A stretch of DNA of 39,382 nucleotides from an uncultured Methanosarcinales archaeon (GCA_964472345.1 CAYYLB010000004.1:1-39382); one strand, 5' to 3'. Numbered from the stretch's first letter, positions 1-8,564 are shown. Notes: a model not told the origin generated them from the sequence alone. A program made the numbers and translations.

Positions 1-2031
1 TTAGGCGTCTGGCTGGTAGCCATCAGTGTTATCGACACAAGCGGGAATACAAATGGTGACTTCTTCAATCTTAACGATTCGCAAGAGGTGACATTCACTG
101 TCGTCGACACGACGCCACCGACCATCCCTTCGTTTAATGTAAGCCCCGCAGCAGCCGCACAGGGCAGCTCCATCCTGATCCGGGCAAATATCACGGATAA
201 CTTGATCAACGCAAGCCCGGTTGACGATGCTCTTGCGGAGATTACGCAACCGAACGGCTCATTCACCTTGGTTCCTATGGTAAGTGAGATTGCCGACACG
301 ACATCGAATACGTCTACCCGTTGGGCTCTCTATAACCTTACGTTTACCGATACGAGCCAGATCGGCACCTACACCGTCCGGCTGATTGCGAATGATACGA
401 GCGGGAATGTCAATGGAACAGAAACGCGAACATTTACCATTACGGCCACGACTGATACGACTGCTCCAACAGCAAACGCCGGCCCCGACCAGACAGTTGA
501 TGAGGACACGCTTGTAACATTCGACGGCTCTGCATCCAGCGATAACGTGGGCATCACCAACTTCATGTGGACGCTCACGGATGGTGCAGCGCAGAACCTT
601 TCCGGCATCTCCCCGACGTATACCTTTGCGACGCCTGGCACCTACACTGTGACGCTGACGGTGGAAGATGCTGCAGGAAACAGCGCGGCGGACACCGTGA
701 CCATAACAGTAGATGACGCAACACTGCCTGTCGTTTCGGGAGTTACTGCAACACCATCGGGCGTGAACCGCGGCGAAGAAGGCGTGACGATCGAAGCGAC
801 GGTGACCGACAACGTCGCGCTCGACGATGTCCTCGCACAGTTCACCTCGCCCAGCGGCGCGATAACGCAAAGGACGATGCTGCTCGCCGGCGCGAGCCTG
901 TGGCGCGCGGACTTTTCGACAACCTCAGGCACCGAATTGGGCACGTGGAGTGCGCTGATTTTCGCAAATGACACAAGCGGCAATGCAAATAACAGCGAGG
1001 GCACCACATTCATGGTGGTTCCGGCGGAGAACGAGAGCCTCACCTTTGAGAACCAGACGAATGTGACACTGGACTGCGATGGAACGCCGATACGGAACTT
1101 GACCGTTATCGACAGCGGCAATGTGCAGGTCAGCATCTGCATCTTCCAGGGCAACCCCCAAATCATGATCCAAAACAGCATAGGAGCAATGAACAACGTG
1201 AGCGTGAGCACTCCAGGGATGAACATCGCACTCGAGAACGGAACATTGACGCTGAACAACTTTGCCATGAGCAGCGGTACGGGCAACGGGCGGGTGACAT
1301 TCCCAAGTGTGACCCTCAATGGCAGCGTCACACTCAACGAGTCCGTGGCAAGCGTCAGCGACCTCTCTGCAACGATTGACTCTGATGCTGCCCCCCAGAT
1401 GAACGCGTCAGCGACGCTGTCGTTCGCAAACGTGCCGTTCAACAACCCCCGCGTAACCGTCACCACCAATGGCAACACCCAGATCTGCCAGGCGCCGCGC
1501 TGCCAGAACTTCAGTTTTACCAACGGAGCGGTGACATTCACCGTTACTGAATGGTCAACCTACACCATCGAAGAAACGCCGGATGGAGGCGGAGGAGGAG
1601 GTGGTGGGGGCGGAGGGGGCGGTGGGGGCGGAGGAGGGGGCGGAAGGACACCGCCGGTGCAGAGTACGCCCTCCATAACCGTGCCGGCATGTGCAGACCG
1701 CCTTACGGACCTGCAGTGCCCTCCAGGAAGCGCGCCACGATGCACATTCCCCAGCTCGGCAAGCGATCAGCCGTCCTGCAAGAAGCTCGAATCAGCTGAA
1801 CCGGCATTCCAGCCCGCGGAAAAACCACGCGCAGAACCAGCAGCAAACACACAGGCTGCTGCTGAAAAAACCGAACAAGCGGCTTTCGGGAATGTGCTCA
1901 TCAATGACGCTCCTCTCACCGGCGCAGCGGCCGTCCGTATTCCCGGCGGACGCACGACGCTCTGGGGTGCTGGCGCAGTTGTCGCCCTCGGCATCCTGCT
2001 TGCCATCGCGACCCTGCTCAGGAAGAAGTAG
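1..2031 (+). CDS. Large membrane-anchored cell-surface glycoprotein (Ig-like/PKD repeats, poly-Gly linker, C-terminal TM anchor); 5' end lies outside the window
   Basis: Frame 1 is open from base 1 (LGVWLVAISVIDTSGNTN...). It has a repeated 'xNDTSGNxN..E..TF' Ig-like motif, a PKD signature (APTANAGPDQTV...FDGSASSD...YTFATPGTYTVTLTV), many N-x-S/T sequons, a Gly run and a Cys cluster, and ends LTGAAA...hydrophobic helix + RKK. Confidence 0.85.
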   Translation, partial: LGVWLVAISVIDTSGNTNGDFFNLNDSQEVTFTVVDTTPPTIPSFNVSPAAAAQGSSILIRANITDNLINASPVDDALAEITQPNGSFTLVPMVSEIADTTSNTSTRWALYNLTFTDTSQIGTYTVRLIANDTSGNVNGTETRTFTITATTDTTAPTANAGPDQTVDEDTLVTFDGSASSDNVGITNFMWTLTDGAAQNLSGISPTYTFATPGTYTVTLTVEDAAGNSAADTVTITVDDATLPVVSGVTATPSGVNRGEEGVTIEATVTDNVALDDVLAQFTSPSGAITQRTMLLAGASLWRADFSTTSGTELGTWSALIFANDTSGNANNSEGTTFMVVPAENESLTFENQTNVTLDCDGTPIRNLTVIDSGNVQVSICIFQGNPQIMIQNSIGAMNNVSVSTPGMNIALENGTLTLNNFAMSSGTGNGRVTFPSVTLNGSVTLNESVASVSDLSATIDSDAAPQMNASATLSFANVPFNNPRVTVTTNGNTQICQAPRCQNFSFTNGAVTFTVTEWSTYTIEETPDGGGGGGGGGGGGGGGGGGGGRTPPVQSTPSITVPACADRLTDLQCPPGSAPRCTFPSSASDQPSCKKLESAEPAFQPAEKPRAEPAANTQAAAEKTEQAAFGNVLINDAPLTGAAAVRIPGGRTTLWGAGAVVALGILLAIATLLRKK
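1585..1644 (+). repeat. Poly-glycine (about 20 GGN codons) linker
   Basis: Uninterrupted GGN codons with mixed third positions, inside the surface protein. Confidence 0.9.
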
Positions 2032-2611
2032 CCTTTGACTCAGGTTTTTCTTCGCCGGGCGCCAGCGTCTCCGGCCCTTCCTCGCGGTGCGGCGTGCCGC
2101 CTTTCGCCCGGTAGCGGTAGAGGTTCAGGTGCGCCTCGATCTCGTTCCGCAGCTGCTTGACGTCGTTCACGAGCTCGCCGACAAAGCCCTCCTCGAGCGG
2201 GAAGCGGTAGACATACTTGTGGATGAGCGACTTCAGGAAATACGCCACCGGCTTGTTCCCCCACCGCTTCTTGTAGTCCGTTGTCGCCCAGCCGTCCAGC
2301 GTGAGGTGGATCTTCCCTTCCTGGAAGCGCGTCGGGATGCCGTCGACCTCGATTGTCGTTTCGCGGACAGCGCTGAGCGTGATGCGGAGCTTGAGCATGA
2401 GCGCATAGTAGTCAACCTTCTTCTTCATCGGCCGCAGCTCGATGAACAGCGACTTGCCCTCCGGCGCCACGTGCTCCTCATGCCGCTTCTCGTGCAGGTG
2501 GTAGCCGCGCTCCTCCACCGCGTGCATGATGGCGTGCAGGAACTCCTCAAAGCCGAAGATGCCCTCGTAGTGAAGCTCCAGGTTGTTCACGATGAGGCGT
2601 TTCTCCGTCAT
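2018..2611 (-). CDS. Conserved hypothetical protein, paralog 3 of a tandem triplet
   Basis: MTEKRLIVNNLELHYEGIFGF... aligns by eye with the two upstream ORFs. Confidence 0.85.
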   Translation of the reverse strand: MTEKRLIVNNLELHYEGIFGFEEFLHAIMHAVEERGYHLHEKRHEEHVAPEGKSLFIELRPMKKKVDYYALMLKLRITLSAVRETTIEVDGIPTRFQEGKIHLTLDGWATTDYKKRWGNKPVAYFLKSLIHKYVYRFPLEEGFVGELVNDVKQLRNEIEAHLNLYRYRAKGGTPHREEGPETLAPGEEKPESKATSS

Positions 2612-2615
2612 TGGT

Positions 2616-3152
2616 TCACCCGAGCACGTGCGCCGTCAGAACGTCACGGCCCCGGTAGCGGTACACATTGAGGAACGACTTGATGCGCGAGGTGAGGTCT
2701 TCGGCATCCGACATCAGCCATTGCTCCGCGCGGAGGTAATGGCCCTTGAAGATGTACTTGTCGAACAGCGTGCGCATGAACCAGAGGAACGGCGTGCGCT
2801 CCCATCGGTCAAACCGGTCGCTGATGACATAGCCGTCGAAGATGAGCATGAGCTTCCCTTCGTTGAGCGTGAGCTTCGCGCCATTCTGGTCGATGTCCGG
2901 GCGCCGGATCCCCGAGCCGTAGATCCGTATGCGCGTGACGATCTTGAAGTAGTCCGTGAGGTTCTTGTAGTGGTTGGTCTCGATCTTCACGCTCCGCCCG
3001 GTCGGCAGCACCAGCTCGCTGTTGAGCCGCTCGCGCTTGTCGTAGCCCTTGTCGTAGAAGTACTCGTCGATCAGGCGGTACAGGCCGGGAAGGTCGAAGA
3101 GCCCCTCGTACGTGAGCTTGAGCTGGTCGATGATCAGCTTTTTCTCGCTCAT
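2616..3152 (-). CDS. Conserved hypothetical protein, paralog 2 of a tandem triplet
   Basis: MSEKKLIIDQLKLTYEGLFDL...; ATGA overlap with the upstream paralog. Confidence 0.85.
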   Translation of the reverse strand: MSEKKLIIDQLKLTYEGLFDLPGLYRLIDEYFYDKGYDKRERLNSELVLPTGRSVKIETNHYKNLTDYFKIVTRIRIYGSGIRRPDIDQNGAKLTLNEGKLMLIFDGYVISDRFDRWERTPFLWFMRTLFDKYIFKGHYLRAEQWLMSDAEDLTSRIKSFLNVYRYRGRDVLTAHVLG

Positions 3153-3691
3153 CGGTTCTCCCCCAGGTAGCCTTCGTACGCGCTGTGCTGCGCCTGCATG
3201 TCGAGGTACTTCTTGATGTATGCCTGCAGGTTGAACATGCGGTAAATCAGCATGTCGCCCCAGTAGGACTCGATCTCGCGGCGCAGCATGTACTCATTGT
3301 AGAGGTGGCGCAGCGCCCGCGTGAAACGGTTCTTCTCGAACTTGCCCTGCCAGTCGGTGATGAGCTTGCCGCGGATCCTGATCTCCAGGCGCGCGCTGGT
3401 GAGGATCTTCTTCTTCCCGTTGCGGACGACCTCGATCTCAGTCATGTCCCAGAGGTGGAAGTCGACGTCGATCCGGAAGCGGATATATTCCGTGACATCG
3501 ATCTCCGCATACCAGTGGATCTCCTGCTCAGCCCCCAGCGGGCTCGGGACCTTGTGCTTGTAGGTCTCCTCATGCAGGATGTAGCGGTACCGCTTGAACC
3601 AGTCCGCCATGGCCTGATAGAGCCCCTCAAAGTCAAACAGGCCGCGGTAACGGATGAGAATGGGCGGCGCCCCCACATCGTAGGCTTTCAT
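3149..3691 (-). CDS. Conserved hypothetical protein, paralog 1 of a tandem triplet
   Basis: ...IRYRGLFDFEGLYQAMADWF...; TATA box about 26 nt upstream of the ATG. Confidence 0.85.
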   Translation of the reverse strand: MKAYDVGAPPILIRYRGLFDFEGLYQAMADWFKRYRYILHEETYKHKVPSPLGAEQEIHWYAEIDVTEYIRFRIDVDFHLWDMTEIEVVRNGKKKILTSARLEIRIRGKLITDWQGKFEKNRFTRALRHLYNEYMLRREIESYWGDMLIYRMFNLQAYIKKYLDMQAQHSAYEGYLGENR

Positions 3692-3716
3692 CGTAGGTCA
3701 GACAAAGCGAGAACGC

Positions 3717-3731
3717 TATTTAAAGGTTTTT
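3717..3731 (-). promoter_or_regulatory. BRE/TATA promoter of the triplet operon
   Basis: Minus strand reads AAAAACC-TTTAAATA, about 26 nt before ATG 3691 (leaderless spacing). Confidence 0.65.
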
Positions 3732-3737
3732 GTGAGG

Positions 3738-3870
3738 GGCGTTATTGAAAAGTTCCCGTTCGCTGCGCTCGACCTGATTGTCCTTCGGACTCGAGTCGAG
3801 CTAGAGCCTGGCAGGCATCCTGCTCACGCCGGCACTCACTGGCCACCTTGGCGAACTTTTCAATAACGCC
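3738..3870. mobile_element. MITE-like element with 18-bp perfect terminal inverted repeats
   Basis: GGCGTTATTGAAAAGTTC (3738-3755) and GAACTTTTCAATAACGCC (3853-3870). The interior is non-coding with a nested hairpin GCTCGAC...GTCC-TTCG-GAC...GTCGAGC. No clear target duplication. Confidence 0.7.
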
Positions 3871-4396
3871 TATAGGGGGGCTCTGCAGGACGAAATGGGA
3901 CAGATGCCGGAAAAGCGCTCCTCCGCTCCGCCCATCCCATCCCCGCATCCGCAGCCAGCGCAAGCACGGCCCAGTACGCCGCGTGCAGCGCATCGGTGAA
4001 GCCGAGCAGGTTCAGCGGGCTGCCTGAGTAATCCCACAGCCGCATGCCGAGAGCGAAAAACAGCAGCGCGCCGGCGGCAAACTCGAGCAGCGCAAGCGAC
4101 ACGCCGGAGGCAAGCGCCCTCAGCAAAAGCGGCTGGCGCCGCAGCAGCGAGCGGATCAGGGAAACGGCCACAAGGCCGAAGCCGTACACCGGCATGAACA
4201 GCACGACAGAGCCCGTCAGCGCCCCGAGAAAGCCCGCGTGGACGAAGTGCCCTGCGGCGATGCTGCGGTACGCGGTGTCGATCAGCGCCCCGAGAAAGCT
4301 GCCGATGACGAAGAGGAAGAGAGGGAGAAGCCGGCGTTCGCACCAAGCTTCGCTTTTCCGGTGAAGCACGCAAGCGGGGTTGGTGCGAACTCCCAT
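3860..4396 (-). CDS. Membrane protein, putative ABC-transporter-permease-like family (ABC_trans_CmpB/DUF1113-like); start uncertain (4396 or 4561)
   Basis: Motifs FVIGSFLGALIDTAY, GFL...FMPVYGFG, LLEFAAGALL, RLWDYSGSPLNLLG; four hydrophobic helices. Confidence 0.75.
   Translation of the reverse strand: MGVRTNPACVLHRKSEAWCERRLLPLFLFVIGSFLGALIDTAYRSIAAGHFVHAGFLGALTGSVVLFMPVYGFGLVAVSLIRSLLRRQPLLLRALASGVSLALLEFAAGALLFFALGMRLWDYSGSPLNLLGFTDALHAAYWAVLALAADAGMGWAERRSAFPASVPFRPAEPPYRRY
4336..4390. repeat. REP-like palindrome inside the 5' end of the membrane-protein ORF
   Basis: GTTCGCACCAA (4336-4346) / TTGGTGCGAAC (4380-4390), a perfect 11-bp inverted repeat. Confidence 0.6.
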
Positions 4397-4595
4397 CGCG
4401 CTGGGCGAAACCCCCGTTCCGCTGCTCAGCTTCGCGCAGCAGCTCGCGTTTATTCGGTGCGCGCTGCTGCGCTTCAGGTCGCCTCGCTTTACCTGCGGAG
4501 CCGGATGCCGGGGCAGCATTCGCGCCAGCGCTGTCGTTCGCATCAACCCCAAAACAGGCATAAAGCATTTAAACTCAGCCGGCTTTAAATCCCTT

Positions 4596-5084
4596 ATGGG
4601 TGGTTTGACGCAGAAGCAGCAGCTCATCCTTTATTCCTTCGGACAGTGCTCCCAGCAGCTCAACAGGCGCTTCGCGGACCAGCCGCTCGAGGTCTCGGTC
4701 TCCAAGATCGCCTTCATCGAGGCGCTGGAGAGCTCGGGGCTGGTCAGCAAAAAGGCCCGTGCGCTCTACCGGAACCTTGAGACACTCGAGCAGAAGAAGC
4801 TTCTTTCCTACCACAACCGGCAGCTGCGCTTCACCCGGCGCGGCTACGGAAGCTATCGCCTGCTTGAGCAGAGGCTCGCCCCATTTTCAAGCCACACGTC
4901 GTTCTGGCAGTCGCATTTCGCCCTTAACCGCCACCTGCAGGCAGTGTTCAAAGGCGAAACCGCGCAACTGCCCGCACCGCAAAAGAAGCAATCGCGCGCG
5001 AAGCGCGCAGCGAAAGACCGGCAGCTGACCATCACAAAATCAGCAAGGCAAAGCCACCATGAAACTATCCAGCCCGGCGTTTAA
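4596..5084 (+). CDS. Winged-helix-like DNA-binding protein
   Basis: ATG at 4596 follows TTTAAA at 4568. RALYRNLETLEQKKLLSY...LRFTRRG resembles a wHTH recognition helix and wing. Confidence 0.65.
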   Translation: MGGLTQKQQLILYSFGQCSQQLNRRFADQPLEVSVSKIAFIEALESSGLVSKKARALYRNLETLEQKKLLSYHNRQLRFTRRGYGSYRLLEQRLAPFSSHTSFWQSHFALNRHLQAVFKGETAQLPAPQKKQSRAKRAAKDRQLTITKSARQSHHETIQPGV

Positions 5085-5499
5085 GGACGGCGCGCCCATC
5101 CCCATAAAGTACACCTGCGACGGCGATGACACCAGCCCGCCGCTTGCTCTTGGGGATGTCCCGAAAAACGCAAAAAGCCTTGTGCTGATCATGGACGATC
5201 CCGATGCACCCATGGGAACGTGGGACCACTGGATTGTCGCCGGCATACCTCCGGCCACCACGCAGATCGCGGAAGGCAGCGAGCCGGCAGGGACAGCGGG
5301 AAAAAACAGCTGGAAGCGCACCGGTTATGGCGGGCCGTGCCCACCCGACCGCGAGCACCGCTATTTCTTCAGGCTCTTTGCGCTGGACGCGGCGCTTGAT
5401 CTCGCTGCGGGCAGCACCAAGAGCGATGTTGAGCGGGCGATGCGGGGGCATGTGATTGCGGAAGCGGCGCTCATGGGGCGCTACGAGCGGAAGCGGTGA
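5059..5499 (+). CDS. YbhB/YbcL (PEBP/RKIP-like) family protein
   Basis: MKLSSPAF, YTCDG, LIMDDPDAP, WDHW, GYGGPCPP, HRYFFRLFALD motifs. Confidence 0.95.
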   Translation: MKLSSPAFKDGAPIPIKYTCDGDDTSPPLALGDVPKNAKSLVLIMDDPDAPMGTWDHWIVAGIPPATTQIAEGSEPAGTAGKNSWKRTGYGGPCPPDREHRYFFRLFALDAALDLAAGSTKSDVERAMRGHVIAEAALMGRYERKR

Positions 5500-5571
5500 G
5501 CGGCAGTTCTCGGAACGTGAAAAGACATGACGCGAAAGCATTATAAAGAAATGGTACGGCTCTCCGCCCAC

Positions 5572-5716
5572 GCCGCCGTGGCACAACCTGGTACTGCGCA
5601 AGCCTGGAAGCCATGAAGCAGGAGAGCTTGTTTCCGCAAGGATGTCCCGGTTCAAAACGCGCTGGGGATGATGGTATCTGCCGTTGTCCGCAGCGGTGAT
5701 AGTCCGGGCGGCGGCG
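5572..5716 (+). tRNA. tRNA-Ser(GGA) with two introns (about 5610-5624 in the anticodon loop; 5657-5702 at T-loop 59/60)
   Basis: Acceptor GCCGCCG/CGGCGGC+G; D stem GCA/TGC; anticodon stem CAAGC/GCTTG with CT-GGA-A; long variable arm TCC-GCAA-GGA; T stem CCCGG/CCGGG with TTCAAA|T restored by removing 46 nt. TATA box TTATAAA at 5541-5547. Confidence 0.9.
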
Positions 5717-5767
5717 TTACGAAGTGAAGCTGCTGCCTGGACCCAGAACATCCGCAGATTTTCGCTG

Positions 5768-5782
5768 GTCCGGGCGGCGGCG
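5768..5782 (+). repeat. Direct repeat of the tRNA-Ser 3' end (att-like)
   Basis: GTCCGGGCGGCGGCG is identical to 5702-5716. Confidence 0.85.
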
Positions 5783-5824
5783 CTTCTCAAAACATTTATA
5801 ACAGCAAAAGCAGTTTCCCGCGGC

Positions 5825-7771
5825 ATGCGCACTGCACTGCTGCCTGTTCTTGTGCTGATCCTCCTTGCGCCAGCGGCAGCCGCTCAGGACTTCCTCTACG
5901 ACCGCGAGTCGCTGGAGCTCGAGCTTTCCATCCAGTCAGCCATCCGCCTCACCCCCGCCGATGCGCAGGCCTCCTACGTCCGGGCGCATCTGCTGCTCCT
6001 CCCAAAAGACAGCGAGCGCCAGGCAGTCCATGAGCTGAAGCCAACGCCCGATGCCGTCGCGCAGGTCAGGGAAGATGAGATCTTCTATGAGTGGCAGCGT
6101 CCCGCGCAGCGCACCATTCCGTACGGGATCACCGCACGCGTCACGGTGACGGAAAAAGCCCCGCCGCTGCGCGCCACCATCCCTTTTCCAGCGGAATTCC
6201 CCGAAGAGCTCAGCATGTTCACCCAGCCGACAACGACGATCGACTCGGCGAACGAGGCGATCCGCGCAAAGGCGCGCGAGCTTGCGCAGGGCGAGGACGA
6301 TCTCATCGTCGTGCTGTTCAGGCTCGTGAGCTGGGTGGAGCAGAACATCCAGTACGACCTGAGCACCCTGACGGCGGACGTCTCGCAGCCCGCAAGCTGG
6401 GTGCTCCGCAACCGTGTCGGCGTGTGCGATGAGATGACCTCTCTTTTCATCGCCATGGCGCGCAGCCTCGGCATCCCCGCGCGTTTCGTGTCCGGCATCA
6501 GCTACACCACGCACCCCGCGTTCGAGCAGCACTGGCTTCCCCACGGCTGGGCGGAAGTGTATGTTCCGGGCGCCGGATGGGTCCCCTTCGACCCCACATT
6601 CCAGGAATTCGGCACGGTTGACGCGACGCACATCGCGCTCGCGACAAGCCTTGATCCCACGGAGCCCGCGAGCCGCTTCGAATGGCTCGGTCCCGTGCAG
6701 CTCACGCCTGATGAGCTCACCTTCACGGTAACGCCGAGAAAGATAGGGAAGCCGCAGCAGCCCCAAACGCGGCTGCGGAGCGCCGCTGCCCGCGACATGG
6801 TGCGCTTCGGCAGCTACAATGTGATCACCACGACGGTCGAGAACCTCAATGAGCGCTACGTCGCGACAACCTTGCGCGCGAGCAGCCCACCTGAAGTGGC
6901 GCTGGAGCGCGATAAGGCGCACGTGCTGCTCAAGCCGCTTGAGAAAGTGCAGGTGCCGTGGATTGCCCATGTGGACAGCAGGCTGCAGCCGGGGTATCTC
7001 TACACCATGCCCATCATCGTCACGGACGAGCGCAACCACTCATCGCAGACCTCTTTCACGGCGAGCGAGCAGGGCGTGCTGCTCACGCAGCAGGACGCTC
7101 GCGCGCTCGCGGCAGAGCAGCCCGCAACGCCCGTCTCGCTGAGCTGCGCCATGCTGCAGGCGGCCGTGAAGCCCGGCGAAGAGCTTGTCGTGCGCTGCCA
7201 CCTGAAAAACAAAGGCGAAGCATGGTCGGGACAGCTCTGCGTTGACGCGCGCTGCACCGCGCTCGCCCTGCCGCAGGCCGATGAGCGTGTCCACGAGGAG
7301 CGCTTCCGTGTTGAGAAGCCGGGCAGGGCAGAGCTGCGCGTCCAGCTCCGCAACGGCGAGGGAACTGCGACAACGTTCGTCCCCTACGAAGCGCTCGACC
7401 AGCCGCAGGTGAGCATCGCGAAGATTGAATCGCCAGCCAAGCTGCGCTTTGACGAGCAGGGGACTGTTGCCGTGAACCTCAGGCGCACCTCCTACGCCCT
7501 GCCCCAGCAGATGACCGTCGAGCTGCGCCACCGCGGCATCGATCAGGTTGTGCGGTTCGACACGCTTGAGCAGGAGCAGGCGCTCGCATTCCGGTTCATG
7601 GGCAGCGAGCTCGCGGAAGGGCAGAACAACATCACGCTGGCCATCAGGTGGCAGGACCGCGACAAGCAGCTCTTCGAGCAGCGCGCCAGCGTCCTCATCA
7701 CCCTCGAAGAGCTCACGTTCATGCAGCGCGTCAGGCAGCTCGTGAAGCGGATCGGCCGGCTCTTTGGATGA
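5825..7771 (+). CDS. Secreted transglutaminase-like protein with C-terminal Ig-like domains
   Basis: Signal peptide MRTALLPVLVLILLAPAAAA; triad motifs GVCDE (Cys), HGWAEV (His), WVPFDPT (Asp); TATA at 5795. Confidence 0.9.
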   Translation: MRTALLPVLVLILLAPAAAAQDFLYDRESLELELSIQSAIRLTPADAQASYVRAHLLLLPKDSERQAVHELKPTPDAVAQVREDEIFYEWQRPAQRTIPYGITARVTVTEKAPPLRATIPFPAEFPEELSMFTQPTTTIDSANEAIRAKARELAQGEDDLIVVLFRLVSWVEQNIQYDLSTLTADVSQPASWVLRNRVGVCDEMTSLFIAMARSLGIPARFVSGISYTTHPAFEQHWLPHGWAEVYVPGAGWVPFDPTFQEFGTVDATHIALATSLDPTEPASRFEWLGPVQLTPDELTFTVTPRKIGKPQQPQTRLRSAAARDMVRFGSYNVITTTVENLNERYVATTLRASSPPEVALERDKAHVLLKPLEKVQVPWIAHVDSRLQPGYLYTMPIIVTDERNHSSQTSFTASEQGVLLTQQDARALAAEQPATPVSLSCAMLQAAVKPGEELVVRCHLKNKGEAWSGQLCVDARCTALALPQADERVHEERFRVEKPGRAELRVQLRNGEGTATTFVPYEALDQPQVSIAKIESPAKLRFDEQGTVAVNLRRTSYALPQQMTVELRHRGIDQVVRFDTLEQEQALAFRFMGSELAEGQNNITLAIRWQDRDKQLFEQRASVLITLEELTFMQRVRQLVKRIGRLFG

Positions 7772-7791
7772 GGGCTCTCCGGGTGAGTGGT

Positions 7792-7969
7792 AGAGGTTGT
7801 TGCGACATGGTGCACTGCCTCATGGTCGCGAGCGCCGCAGTTTACTGCTTGCATCGCTCACTGGGACTGATTTCCCTCGACAGAATCTATGGGGTTACGG
7901 TGAGAAGGACTGCGTGAAATCAGCGGCGCGAGCTGGCAGTGCCGCGAAGCGAATGGAGCAACAACCTCT
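7792..7969. mobile_element. MITE-like or highly structured intergenic element
   Basis: Terminal IR AGAGGTTGTTGC (7792-7803) / GCAACAACCTCT (7958-7969); nested IR GCACTGCC/GGCAGTGC. Confidence 0.55.
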
Positions 7970-8012
7970 GAGCGGCAGGCAAATATTTAAACACATAAAA
8001 CATCCGTTCCGC

Positions 8013-8561
8013 ATGCCTTCCGAACTTTCCGAAATAAGGAAGATCCGCAAGAAGCTCGGCATGACGCAGGCAGCGCTCGCGCGTGCCGCGGGCGTCAGCC
8101 AGAGCCTTGTCGCAAAGATCGAAGCAGGAGCTCTTGACCCGGGCTACACACGCACCAAGCGCATCTTTGACGCACTGGAGGCCATGACCCGCAAGGACGA
8201 GCTCACGGCAGCGGATGTCATGAACCGGAAGGTCATCACCGCAAAGCCGGAGGAGAAGCTCAGCGCCGTCGTGAAGGAGATGAAGAAGCATGCCATCTCG
8301 CAGGTGCCGGTCGTTGACGGGGGCAAGCCCGTCGGCGTCGTCACCGAAAGCCTGCTGCTCGACGCCCTCCAGTCCGGGCGCGAGCTCAGCCATGCGGCGG
8401 TCCGCGAGCTCATGGAAGACTGCCCGCCCATCATCACCCCTGCAGCCAGCATCCGCGCCGTCGCGCAGCTGCTGCACTACTTCCCTGTCGTCCTCGTTGC
8501 GACGAAGGGCACGATCCAGGGGCTGATCACCAAGGCGGACGTGATTGAGAAAATCGTGTGA
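8013..8561 (+). CDS. XRE-type HTH transcriptional regulator with CBS pair
   Basis: IRKIRKKLGMTQAALARAAGVSQSLVAKIEAG, then two CBS domains (ISQVPVVD..KPVGVVT; IQGLITKAD); TATA at about 7985. Confidence 0.92.
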   Translation: MPSELSEIRKIRKKLGMTQAALARAAGVSQSLVAKIEAGALDPGYTRTKRIFDALEAMTRKDELTAADVMNRKVITAKPEEKLSAVVKEMKKHAISQVPVVDGGKPVGVVTESLLLDALQSGRELSHAAVRELMEDCPPIITPAASIRAVAQLLHYFPVVLVATKGTIQGLITKADVIEKIV

Positions 8562-8564
8562 CGG

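Noticed and set aside
1560..1745. Poly-proline ORF on the minus strand
   Set aside because: It is the antisense reading of the poly-Gly linker.
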